A stretch of DNA of 63,612 nt, filler included, from Choristocarpus tenellus KU-1152 (Eukaryota; Protista; Phaeophyceae), in assembly GCA_964200185.2 (NCBI GenBank). It is 9 parts of 9 records of this genome, joined end to end, with 100 filler letters (N's around TTAATTAATTAA, not from the genome) between each part and the next. Parts side by side here need not be neighbours in the genome. Positions count along the whole stretch, not along the records: positions 1 to 18,075 come from CAXNAD020000581.1; 8 more parts are not named here. One strand, written 5' to 3'. The notes beneath the pieces are model-generated. The model was not told the origin of the DNA. It made no database searches and worked only from the letters and a program-made list of their open reading frames with translations. This document shows, in pieces, positions 1 to 13,100 of this stretch. Position 1 is the stretch's first letter. Every line of letters begins with the position of its first letter. The position numbers and the translations under genes were made by a program.

Positions 1-67
1 CAAAATCACAACATTGTATTTTAACCCCCAAATGGACGAGGCTCTACCCTCTAAGATACTTTGGCTC
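1..67. mobile_element. MITE family B, terminal fragment
   Basis: Ends in GCTCTACCCTCTAAGATACTTTGGCTC, the family B TIR. Confidence 0.75.
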
Positions 68-140
68 ACTCTACAACTAACCCTAACCCTAAATCTTGAC
101 CGTTTCTCAAAGGCAAAAACTAACCCTGACCCTGGCATCA

Positions 141-400
141 GAGTCAAAGTGAACGAGAGGTACCCAGAGTTGCATTCTAAGGATGCTGACAAATGTGCGC
201 AAAATTCGACTTTTTTTTCAAATCATGTACGGAATATTTTCCAAATTCTTTCGAAAATGTTTCAAACAATAGAGAATTAAACGCTCTCAATCCAAACCTA
301 GACATACATAGTAAATGTGCATGAGTTGCAAAATATTGAAAAAATCTACTTGAAATGCAAAACGTCCAACAAACTGTGCACCTATTGTTTACTTTGGCCC
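141..400. mobile_element. MITE family C (260 bp) with TIRs and 3-bp TSD
   Basis: Left end GAGTCAAAGTGAAC; right end GTTTACTTTGGCCC (reverse complement GGGCCAAAGTAAAC); flanked by tca on both sides. Confidence 0.65.
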
Positions 401-888
401 TCATGCGGGTGTTGGCAAACCCAGGTTTGGAGGGTGGAGGCTATTGCAGGCAGGAATGTGTAGGACCTAGAATGTGCAAGACAATTATACAATATACAAT
501 AGCGCAAAACATATGATTATCTGCTTGCCAAAGAAGAAGAGGTGTCAAAGCACAGAGTTGAAAAACGGATAAATCAATGCATATACCCAATTGTTGTAAC
601 CCTTTTGGTCCAGGTACACTGGCATATACCCCCTTTGCTGCTCTAGTATTCACTGCCAATGCCATTCCTGACCCAATTCCACTTTGGGTGCACATAGTAG
701 GTACATACTAAATTCATCTGTTGGTAGGCCATCAATGCTCCACTGCCGAATCAGCACAGGATCTCCCAGGGTGCCTGATCATTCCATTGCACAAGTCAGA
801 GGGATGATTTTCAGCAACACTAATATATATATGCTTATTGGGAGCGTGTGAGGGGTGTGTGCAATGAGCACATTTTGCCCCTCTACGT

Positions 889-912
889 TAACCCTAACCC
901 TAACCCTAACCC
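889..912 (+). repeat. Interstitial telomere-like (CCCTAA)4
   Basis: taaccctaaccctaaccctaaccc. Similar tracts lie at 78-92, 8980-8994, 16332-16346, 34544-34559 and 51127-51139, with a (CCCTAT)4 variant at 1039-1064. Confidence 0.85.
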
Positions 913-1118
913 AAGGAAGCACAAGGACTTAATCCTACACCCTATATCTAGCTGAGGACATGAGATTTAATAGCTACTGTGCACAACTTCGAAGACAAAG
1001 GTCATGCTGTTCTAACTTCAGCCCATTTCTCAACATATTCCCTATCCCTATCCCTATCCCTATCCTTAGCTTATCGATCCCCCTAGCCCTAACCTTCACT
1101 ACTGGGCACACAATACAG

Positions 1119-4100
1119 GTGATTTTTCCTCTGTCATGCGAGGTAGGGGAGGCCGGAACAGTTACAGGGAGAGGAGATCTGGCACCTGGTATGGGAGCCA
1201 GAGTGCTGATTGACTTCTACCCCAACAGCCTGGGTGACTACCAGGATGCCTTGACCGTCTCCACAAATGCTGGTACCTTCCAGGTGAAGTCCCAAGAATT
1301 TCTCACAGGGTGTCCAACGATTTGTCTCGTCACAGAGGTATTCTCATCGTGTCATACATGTATACATGTGCTCGTTTCCCGAGTGAAGCACTAGCAGACG
1401 ATTGCTGCTATGGAGCGGATTTGGTCCTCAGACCTCTACAAGGACATTCCTCACCTTCCACGTGTCCCAGGCCCATAGTATCCCAGACGGGGGGGTGCTT
1501 TGCCCAGTTTGACCTTTCGGGGCTTGATGGGTCATTGTTAGACATCCCAGTTTGATGCCTGTTGTGCAGGTTATTTCCCTTTGAATTTGGTCCAGGCAGG
1601 TGGACAGAGAAGAAAAGGAAGGTGCGTTTAGATGATGAAAATTGTCTTTTTCGTCTGACACGTTCACCTTGATGATATGAAACTCACTACATGGTCGTAC
1701 ATGCCCTGAATGGACGCCTCACCCACCCTCTAGGACAATATGGGCCTCAACACATAGCCGTTTCGCCAAGGGCATTTCTTTGGGGGGATTCTTGATGTAG
1801 ACCTTCTTTCAACTCGAAGATTCCCTTCAGGGATATGGGATCCAGGGCAGTGCTAACAGTCAGAACGTGCAGAGGTTCGTCTCTTGCTGCAAAAAATATA
1901 AAATAATTCTATTCCTTACCTCTGTGTGAGTAATCGGGAGACTGCATTTCAATGAGCACGATTTCTCTTTGTCATTGGATCGGTAAAGTGTTAGGGTTAA
2001 CGTCTGTCTCTTGCAATCATGCAAAATATTTGTGTCTCAAAATATTGCATACATCCAAATCGGTATATTTTTTTCTTTTGGCAGTTGTTGAGTACTCCGG
2101 AGTGTTTGGTTAACCTGGATTGGCAACAGGGAGAAGAAAGTGCCTATGTGGAGGTGTAGTGGTTACTATTTTTTTTTATTGGCTACTCAAACGTTGAATT
2201 GCTCATATATATTTTTTTCTGGCGAAAATGCATCGACACATCATTTTCACTGTGATGGAAATTTAGAAAAATATTTACGATTATAAAAACAGAAAAATTC
2301 AAAATCTCAAAGACTCGTCGGATATACAAACTAGCACAACACCATGTAGGTACTTCCTTCCTGATGTCAGTTTATATTCGAAATACTAGTATTGGCACCT
2401 GCAATATGAGAAAATGTGGTCCATATGAACATTATCGACTTTCTCAGCTACATTTTTTAGAGGTGACAATTTTTATGGAATGGACAAGATCCCCAATACA
2501 ATCAAGTCCAGATAATGATCGTCATACTGCTACGAGACAGCAAGAAGATAGACTGTAACTGAAAATTAGAGCTTCGGTCTCGCACCATAGCACTATTACA
2601 AGGCACTTTCTAAGAGGATCAGATTAGCCAAGGAACTGATGAAAATCATTGCTGTTTGGTCCCTCTGCTTGACTGTAATGCTGTAAGGTACCAATCTGGG
2701 CTCATCGCCGCCGCCCGAAGCTGTCACTACCCACCTCAGGAGAGCTGGAGTGCAATGGGTGCCTTCTTGGCGGAGCCAAGACCACAAGGTTCACAGTCAG
2801 GAACAGGGGAGGGCCTGTCAAATTTAGAATATTTTTGGAGAGAGAATACCCAGAGGTAGCATTGACACAGCGGAAGAAGAAAAAGCTTGAGGTAAAAAAA
2901 AAGAAGAATAATCTCCATATGTCCAAAGGCAGTACAAAAATGAGATCTTTGTTTTGTCCCATGTTTCAGCTGTATGTTGTGTGCCTGAGATACCCCTATT
3001 GTGATTGCAAAGGGACCTAGAATATGACTCTATTGAAGACACTGTTCGGTTTTAAATGTCACCCGCACATGCTTCTAAACCTACCAAAAGGGAACCTTGA
3101 AGGATTACAATCTTCGAAGAAGAATAAGTATGTTTAGTTGTGCCTGGCTTGATACTATGTGGTATCTTTGCAACAAGTCAGTTTGTAGTTCATATTGCAT
3201 GTATTGAGCACGATATCAATTCATTCATATGCTGCAAAACCTCTACATGGCATTTACACTAGTCCTAGTCTGCCTGTCCAACTCCCCCTTCTACTAGTAC
3301 CTATTTCGAGCATCAGCCCCTTCTTTTTCGGAACCCTCTGTGTTGTTCCCCGCCCCCCACATCACCCACATATCATCTAGACCCTTCTCAGGTCCATTGT
3401 CCCCCTTTCTCACTCACAGTGACCACAACCTTGTTTCCACCACCACCTACCTCTGTATTTCCAACCCCAGTCCATCAATCTTCCCCTCTCCCCCCACCAA
3501 AGTATTTCTCTTTCTTCAAGCACAACAAACCAATTGATATCCTTCCCAGGAAGGGCCATTCGCGTTGTTCCCAACTGACCATTCCCTGGAGGAGGGGGGT
3601 GTTTCTGTCATTACCGTGGAGTATCTCCCTTCTCAAGTGGGGTTGGACGAGGCGCGATTCGTCATGCTTCAGGTGTGAAAGTAGAAGAGGCGAGAAGTTC
3701 AAAATAGTAAAACTCCTCTTCCTTCGAGTAATGCAAATTTCTTACTCATCAGAGTCAGGTAATTGTCAACTGGATGAGTGTAGTATATTATAGTGTTGCA
3801 ATGTGGAGAATTTCCATTGGCAGAGTGGAGAATTAATCTCATGCAGACGGCTGCAGGCTCTAACTTGCCGTATATGTTCTCCCAATCACGGTGTATTCAT
3901 GGTAGCCATAACTAGATAAGCTGCAAGCTCAAGTTCTTAATGGTGGCAGCTGGCGCACTCCTTGACTTTTCCTCTGGTTGTGTCTACAACGTGCAGAATG
4001 AGACACCCTGAGACAATGTAGCGATCAGCTTTGTTGACTACAGTAACGTTATTTCCAACTGGCAATTACTGGCACTTCGAGCTATGGTGCTAAACGTTCT

Positions 4101-7100
4101 CAAATTGGTGATGCCAGGCAATCAGACTCTATCAATCAAGAAATTCGGGCAACAACATATCCACCCCTCCAACCAATTGTTTATTTTGCCTACCTGACCA
4201 CTACTCACTTCTTTCAGCACTACTCACTTCTTTCCAACACTACCCACTTCTTATCTACCCAGGACAATTGTGAGGTACGACCCATCACTCTCAGAGCAAC
4301 ATGTGAACAAATAGTGCTGGAAATATCTTCCCTCAATGGGTGCGTCGTTATCCCATCAAAGTTGCAGCTGAAACGTCTCAGGGGAGGGAATGGTGCCTTA
4401 GCAGAACCAGAACCTAGCATTATGATCAAGGAGGTAAGGACGTATATTTGTGACTGGGCAAAGGAAATGGGACTGGGAGGTAACTTTCCTCTTCTTCTTT
4501 CCTTCATGATTTTCTCAAGGATTAGCACACCATCACTGAGTAGAGACAGTCCCATATGCTTCTTGTCCTAATGGTGATCATGACTTTTTTCTCGACAATG
4601 ACAAGTAGTCCGAATATGACAATGGCCATGGTAGGACAGCCCTCAGCAATTTTCCTTCTACAAAGGAAATGATGAGAGTCAAATCAATCGAGAGGTAGAT
4701 TGGTTTGGACCCCTTTGCATTCTAAACCATCTTTCTCACCCTGTACAATACGCTCTACGTCCTTTTTTTACTACTTACACAACACAACGTCCTTTATTAC
4801 TACTTACACAACATTGTACAAAAAATTGATATTCCCCCTTTCCAAATTCAAGCGGACACCACAGTTTAGAAAAGGCTCTTTCTACGAATGTACAAGACGG
4901 CACGTTTTTTCCCTTTGTCAGGATCCTTAAAATGCAACCCTGCCTACTACCTCTCAGTTGGTTTGACTCTGACAGTTGTCTACCAAACTGTAGGCCTCCA
5001 AAAAGGGATGTTGGGGCATTCATATGCCAAGCCATTGACTAGGCCAACCATAGTGAAGTCACCGAATTTGTTTTTGCTGCCTGAGCTGCTTTTTCTCTCT
5101 CACTGAATTGTCTACTTGAGAGTGAAAGTATCTTAGAGGGTATGAGGTTTTCCCTGTCTGTCCAATTGAGGCTTGGCTTCCCACAGTTTTTTTTGCACAT
5201 TTTCTACCCCGAAATATTTCGGAGTAGGCAAAATGTATACCTCATGAAAATGTGTGTCCAGAACAAGGATATTGACACTTCCTAACAAACATGATAGCCA
5301 AAATTACATCAAAATTGTAAGATTGGGTTTTGGCCCCCAAACGGACACGGCTCTACCCTCTAGTACTTTCACTCTTAATGACCAATTCACTAGTTCGATA
5401 TTTGAATCAAAACAATGGAAAAGGTTGTGCTTAAATCTGTGCTCCCAGAGTGCTAAGGGCAGTTATTCCCTCAGCATGTATGTTCCACATTGACGGCTTT
5501 GAAAATAAATATACTCCCCTAAGGAGTGGAAATGCTATGCTGATGGGAGGCTTGCTAGGACAGAACTGTAGAGAGGTCAGCACCAGGATGGCTGTAGGAG
5601 ACAAGATGATCGTATCTGAGGTCCCCAGGCAATTTCAGTTTTTTTCTGCAGCTGTAGCTCAAGAAGTCTAGCTAAAGGCATTTGGATCATTTTTTCTTTG
5701 TTCCAGTGGTGAGATCTATCATGTTGACATTGCAGAACAACACTATTTTGGGTATGAGTAATACATACACTGCTGTAATACATACACTGCTGAGCCCGTC
5801 GTATTGACTTGTAGCCAACCTGATCTTGTCTTCCCTCTAGCAGCAGGAGTAAATAGTCCAGATGACTATTTTGCTGGGGGGTTTTTTCTTTCGCACTGGC
5901 ATCGTAATTATTATTTATTTTTTGGCCGAGGCCAGAAGACAAAGCAAATATTGCAAAAAGAGTCAAACAAGAAAAAAACGTACTAGTAGTATATCTAGTA
6001 GAGGCAATTATATCTAGCTATGTGGATGCTTAGTCATCGTGATGATATCCTATTTACCCTGCATGAAGTAGGTAAAATTGAAGACAAATTTGACATCAAC
6101 TGACCCAAAGTATCTGGGGGGGAGGGGGGGGGTCTACACCAGGGTGTCCATTTAGGCCAAATCGGGAAAAGCGTTTTTTCATTATCCATCCGACGCATGC
6201 AACCGAATCACCCAAAAGTTGTCGACATGAAAAAATTGTCCCTAAATGGACAGCCGCCACCCCCCCTCCAGATACTTTGAGCCACTCAATTGGTAGATTG
6301 TTCTAAACAATTTTGACCGAAAACAAACGATTGGAACACGGAATCGGCATAATACTGAAAACTATTAATTTTTTTTATTTATTTATGGACCTTTTTTTTT
6401 CTCTTTTGTTCCGTAGGATATACCTGGTAGGTTCAGTTGGTCGAAGTAGCTATGCTGGTGTGATGACTACTCCTTGTACTGTGTTGAAAAAAAACATTAG
6501 CCATCAAGTATTCTCTGATAGAAAACAATTCCTTGCTATTTTTCATTTGATCAACTGCAACACTAACGAAATCAACACATGGTCACATCAAAGTCATTAG
6601 TTTTTTTTTTACCATTGAAACGACAAGGTAAACAATGACGAATTTCCTAGATATTCTCAACACCCCATGTTCTCAATACCCGGTTTTGGCATGATGTGGT
6701 CAGTTGCGTTGAAGAGTCATAGAGTGACAGTATCAGATCCAAGCATGCATCCCACTGGCAGTTACCTGACCCTCATATCCCAAATGGTCGCTGGGATCCT
6801 GACAATACGTATCTCGTATGTCCTCAGAGGAGCAACTACCACTTGTCACATTTTGTAAAGTTTATCCACAGCAAGGTGCAAGGGTAATTCTTCCTGGAGT
6901 GGGGCCAAACAAATTACAAACATATTGTAACTGACTGTTTTTTGTAATTTAACACAGAAAAAGGGGTTACCATATGCAGATCTTTCTCCTGATACTTTGC
7001 TGACAATTATATCGCTAGGGCCAAATTGTTGTGCTAAATCTTGTAGTTATGCCCAGGAGTAGCAGGTATATCACTCTTTAAGATTGATCGAAGATATGCA

Positions 7101-10100
7101 AGTTAAAGGATGATTGCAATGGAATACAAAACGCCAAGGACAGGATTAAAGTCAACCATCTGAGTAGCAGCTTAGGCATTGCTGTATCATATGGGTAGTC
7201 AAAGTTGGCCTGATGCACCCTCTGTAGATGTCCATGCCATATCACAGCCCTTGTAGTCAATTTGCAGGTGCACATTCCCTTTCCTTCCAGCACACTACTG
7301 CTTATCCCCCTCCCCCTCCCCCTTACCCTTTCACATTGCAGCTTCACTTTGGCCCTGCACCTGTATCATCTATTGAGGAGCAGACATTGTCCCTTCGAAA
7401 TGGAACAACAAGGGACTTGTCAACACATTGGGATATCAGGTGAATAGCATCATCGTCAAACACTTGAAAGAAACCTTTCGTCCTCATCATATACTGGTCC
7501 ATTCTACTGTACGTTCTGAATCAGTTGAACTCGAAGCAGTTGTGGTCAACAACATATTTGTTTTTCTAACATCACCTTTGGTGTCTGATACAGAGTTATT
7601 GACTACACCCCAACGACCTAAATCGTTATTGTCCTTCCTTGGTACGACTTCCCTCTTCCCCCTCTCCTCCAATGACCAAGCTACCTTCAATCTCCACCCC
7701 CATCACAGTAAGAAAAACAAGGCACTATCATCCAGGTTCTTGCGAGGTTATTCTCTTTGAACACTGCTGTACAGGCATTTAATTGATCAAGAAGAAAGTA
7801 GCACCGACCTATTGACGGAATTATTGGAATATTTAGTATCCCAAAGCTGTGTGATCTTCTGTCATTACTTGAGGTACTATTTCAAGTCCAAATTGTTGAC
7901 GTGTCTGAGTGTTACATGCGTTTATCCCTGTTTCCTCTCTACATGCCGAAGTCATATTTGAGACAACAACAGAATAGATAGATGTTGCCCTCAGGCCCCA
8001 GTCCCTCAAACACCACAACCCCAATCCCTCTTATTTACCAGAATGGATGCAGTTGGATATGCCTTAATGACAAAACTCCCATTCTCCCACTCCCTCCATG
8101 CCAAATTTATCTTGTCCAACAAATCCACTAGACCTGTGTCAGAGAAGATGGAGGAGGACGAGGAGGACGAGGAGGACGAGGGAAAATTCAATGATATATC
8201 TCTGAACCTGTCGAGCATTTTCCCAGAAGCCAACAATAAATTTGCAAGAGACTGCAAGGGAAAACTCACCACCCCCTTTTCAATAGTCCCTGCACGGTCT
8301 ACTTTAAAAGCTGGGTCAGAGACACTGTTTCATCTGAAGTTTCAGCCAGGTCAAGTAGGATCAGTGCGGTGAGAGAACGGGAAAGGAGCTCTTGCAGTAG
8401 GGCGCATGTCTTAATACACTTGTTATCTCTCTTTTAGTGACTTTTAAGATGAAGCAATGAATGCCTCAATCAAGCAATTGACGTGTCACTTCCTCCCCCC
8501 TGATTCCTGCTCAAAGAACAAATACAAGTATGCCTAGCCTTCATTGGTCAATACCATTTACACAGAAGGACGCAAGCTTGCTATCAGACACACACGAATT
8601 GCCAGTCATTAGCACTGCCACTTCGACCTTACTCACCTCTTCCACCGATGACAAGGTTTATTGCTAATATTGTTGTGGAAAGAGTACCATCAGCTTCTCT
8701 GGTCTACCATTCTCCTGGAGGGTGCTTAGGCATTGAGGAAACATTTCGGCAACAACAGGAAAAGGCCTCTTCTGCAGAATTGGTTCTGAAAGGTGAATTC
8801 TAAATATGTTCAACAAACCATAAAAAATTAACTAAGATAAGGATTGACTAGGATTTCAATCTCATTGAAAATTGTAGGAGCACTGGATCAGAGTACAATT
8901 GTCGAATGCTCTTTTTCGAGATTCATGGTCTCTTGAGGTCTTCAAATATGAAGCATATGAATGTCAGTGCTCCTAAGTGTAACCCTAACCCTAAGTGATA
9001 CCAAGAATAGAAATTTGAAGAAAGGACGACTTGGAAGGATGGAGTGGATGTTGCGAACAAAAAAACTCTATTGGTCCAATGCAGCACTTGAGTCGTCTTC
9101 TTGGTGCAAAACTCCTCTTCAAATTTTCCCTTTTCCTACAATCTTGACATCAATCAAATCACATTTTTTGAATAAGAAAGGGAGAGCGGTGAATCACTTG
9201 TCACCAGCAGAAGTGTAAGGGTTTATTTAGCAAATTGATTTCACTGAGAAGTTATAGTCACATATTCACTCCCCAAATGGCTTTAAGTCTGCTCAAAATT
9301 AGGAACACTAGTAAGACTAAATCTCTCGTGCCTCCAATTTGATCAAACCCCCATATGTTTTGAACTGAGAAAAGGAGAGACTGTGTCTGAAAGAATAGAG
9401 GATAACGGTGGGGGATCGGAGAGTAGATTCAATGCACTTGAAGAAGCTGCGCCTGCAACTGATGTTGAGAGCTGTGATGGGAGTGGCTGCTCCAGGGAGA
9501 GAGAGTCGGAATCTGATATGAGCATGGCCTTGGCCCATCCTCCACCAGGGGGAAATCGGCTGAGGTGTGTTGTGAAGATTTTGAAACATCTGTGAGGCAG
9601 TACCTAGTGTGATGGATATTTTGCTCTCACATTTAGGCTTAGGCAAGATGCTCTGAACAGTTTTTGACTTAAAGAGAGTGTTGGTCTATGATTGAAGCAA
9701 AATGCACGTAAGACGTTTTAGTTGAGAATTAACGCAAAGGAATTTGCTACAACTACTTGTGGTGTAGATGGTGTGTCATAAAATTCCCTGAACAAGTTGC
9801 TGCCCCTGGCCCCCATAACCCTAATATGACGATCTAGAGATTCACTCCATTCAATCATGACAGTCACAGCTTATAAGGGGTACAACTACACTGACAATGC
9901 TAAGATCGTTAAAATAGTTCAATGTGGCTTGGGAATTGCCTGATACATGAAAATACTCTGCATCCCCAAAATATTGTACACACAACATTATAGATCTCCA
10001 ATTTAGGCACCTGCAAAGAAGGTTAGAACTACAGCATATGCAGTTGATCCTACACAACATAAAAGGTTAAAATATGGAACAAAACGACTTGAAGAAATGA

Positions 10101-13100
10101 CATATGGTTTTGACCTGCTCAAAATACGCATCCTCGGTGGGATGCAATTATTCTTCTGGAGATCATACCATGAAAAAGTCCTTTAATCGGAAAAAAAGTA
10201 AGGTTCTATAGTAGATAGAACAATAGCTAGTCACAGTTCAGTGCAAATCGCACAATCCTACTTCATGATTGAGATTACACGTTCTAGCAAGATCAAAGCT
10301 CATGCTTGAGCCAACTACCTTTCTACAGGTGCTTCCTTCGCTCAGTAGATCCGCATGGTAGTAGTAAAGCCATCCTTCCTCTTCAAAAGCTTCTCACTTC
10401 TGTGGAAAGGCTCCTGGAAGGCCTCCGACTTCGTAGTACGGATACATCTCAGCTCCAAGAAGAGTGCATAGGTGGAGACGGAGTGGAATACCACGTGAAC
10501 AGGGACAATAGAAATGTCATGGAAAGAATCAAGGATTCCGAACCTTACTCGGCGTTGGGTGCTGAGGTGGGTAGTCTGGAGAGAAAGCACTCCCTAGAGA
10601 CTTGAGAAAGTAAGCAATGTGTGCACGTGTGTTTTATTCTATCAAGTTTTCATACTGTGCATTTCGCCTCATGTTTGTAAATGAGTGTTTCTTGTTGTGC
10701 ACGTTGTGTGTATTCATGTGCATGCTTTCTTGTACAGGTCTAGTTGTATTATTGTTATGAATGCTGCAACGGCATGTCATCAAGTCAGTACAGGTAGTAC
10801 CTCAAGGCGCAGGGAAGATCAGTGCTATAAAAAAAATGTTTTCATCATTTGATGCTCTGTCGACCCTTTCCCGCTGTGCATCTTTCACTCTGAGAAGCAC
10901 CAGAATATGGAAGGCAAGACGAGGTACCTCTAATTTGTTAAACTGAATGTTTGAACTGAAACTCCTCAGTATCTCTTCAAGATGTCATTTAGAGACTAAT
11001 CTACAAAAAACAAAATTACACAAATCTTACTATTTCTTGCCTCTTCAACTACCAACTGATTCACCATTTCCTCACCTTCCAACAAACCCATTAATGACAA
11101 GAACCAGTAGAATCAAGATGTAACGCAACAATCCGAATCAACCTATTTGACACGATTTCAGCATAAGTTCTATCGCATGCTGTTTATTACTGCCTCACAC
11201 TATTGCTCTTGAGCAGTCAAGTTTGCTACATAGTAAGAGTGAAATAAAATGCTAAATTGTTCCATATTTATTTCAGATCTGAATAGGTGATGAAAATATA
11301 GTGTATATATATTGTCTCGTTTCTTGCTGTACGCTAATTGGGCAAGGTTTGAGGTCTCTTGAATGTCTAAACAACAAGAACACTGTTAACAATGGTTCAA
11401 CAGTAGAGTCAAAGAATTTAAGACGTTAGGAGTTTTGCCCTGTTGTGCGTTTGGGACTTGACTTCCCACGAGTTTTTGCTCTTTATCTGTTTTCTGTGTG
11501 AAAACAGTTATCTTAAATATATATGACTATGAAATGTGTGTCTGGAGCAAGGATATTGACACTTGCTAACAAACACGACAGCCAAAAATAATCAAAATTG
11601 CAACATTGGATTTATGAGCCTGAACGGATGCAGCTCTACCCTCTTAATGCTTTGGGTCAGTATCCCAACTTTAGACCCTCGCTCTCTAATGCTGTTAGTC
11701 CAAAGTAAAAAACAATTGGGACCTGGATAGTCATGTAAGATGAGCATTCTCTCTTACTACATTGCGTGTTTTATTTCATACTGAAGGCGAGTTCTTCGAT
11801 AAAGGACAAGGGGATGAATGACCAGCATCAAGAGATGACAGGGGACCAACAGGCGGGCTTTATGGCAACACAAGCCGTGGCGAATGGTCTGGAGAAGCTA
11901 AGGGGGCTCGAGGTTGAGGAATTGACTCTATCTGATACTCTGGAGGTTCTTGATGTGAGTAGCAACAATCAAAAGACAACTACATCCATGTTGAACATGA
12001 TACACTCGTAGGAGCCCTGCGACACCTATGGATTGGTATTTAACTGACTTGTACTCACTCCCTGAAAGTGTACCTGTGTCTATTTCCTCTTCACAAGCAA
12101 GAGCACAACCCGCTCAACATCAGTACAGGGTGGACAAGACTAGATACAAAATAAAATGACTCCACCACCAACTCGAGAGAGTTGTTCTCAACAGTATTTT
12201 CTATTCCATCCCCATTGAGCCCTCCAGAGACATTTTTCCATTGGAAGAGTAGTTATAGAGGGCTATACCCTCATGTGTTTGGTCCAAAGCGGATACCATT
12301 TCATTCAAAAGGAAATCTACTTGGTGTATTTGTATAGAAGGACAAAGTCAAACGGAGTGATACACAAAAATGTATCTCCCTTGGCCTGGAACGTGTGGGT
12401 ATACCCCCTGCCATCTACTATTATTGAACTGCACCCCTTTGTACCTTTGGGTGACCCCAAAATGTATCCCTTTCTGGAGTCAGACCCATTTAGTGTCCCC
12501 CCTCTGGACCAACTTCAGGCATTTCCATGGGGGTAGAACCCCTTCCCGAACCTCCCAAGATTTTCTTTAGTATCCATGGATGTTCTGCAATATTTCCAGA
12601 ACTGAGTCTAAGGAAAGTAGTTAGAAATTGTTTATGTGAGAACCCATGAATTCTAGGTGTTAATAGTAGTAAGATAGGTTTTGAGCAGTGCATTCTTGTT
12701 GTATGTAGTGTGTGGACAGATATATCCCTAACCCTAACCCTAACCCTAACCCTAATATGCATTGCATTATACAATACAACATACAACATACAACATACAG
12801 CAATAATAAACTGCTTAGAGAAAAAATATTACTATTGGGGTCTGGTAGGCATCAGATCTGTTTGGCCTTCTGAGGATTTTCATATAGAAACTCTTTCTCT
12901 CCAATGAGTACATGATAGAAAAAATCCTCTCATATGGTGAACTAATATTGATGACATCCTAGGAAAACTCTAGAGCGATCAATTGCATGTCTCATGTGTT
13001 AATACCATATGAATTCCACAAATGAGTACCTAGATGACGACAAAATCCTCGCCTCTACGAAATAGGTGTCAAGAACACTGTCTAAGCAACCTAACTCATG

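Noticed and set aside
3550-3672. Apparent frameshift in a DLEC1 exon suggested by the ORF track
   Set aside because: Recounting the G-run shows one open frame (EGPFALFP...FVMLQ); the listed ORF is in a different frame
5120-5374. Sola3/piggyBac assignment from GAG...CTC ends next to TTAA
   Set aside because: The other copies show variable 3-bp TSDs, not TTAA
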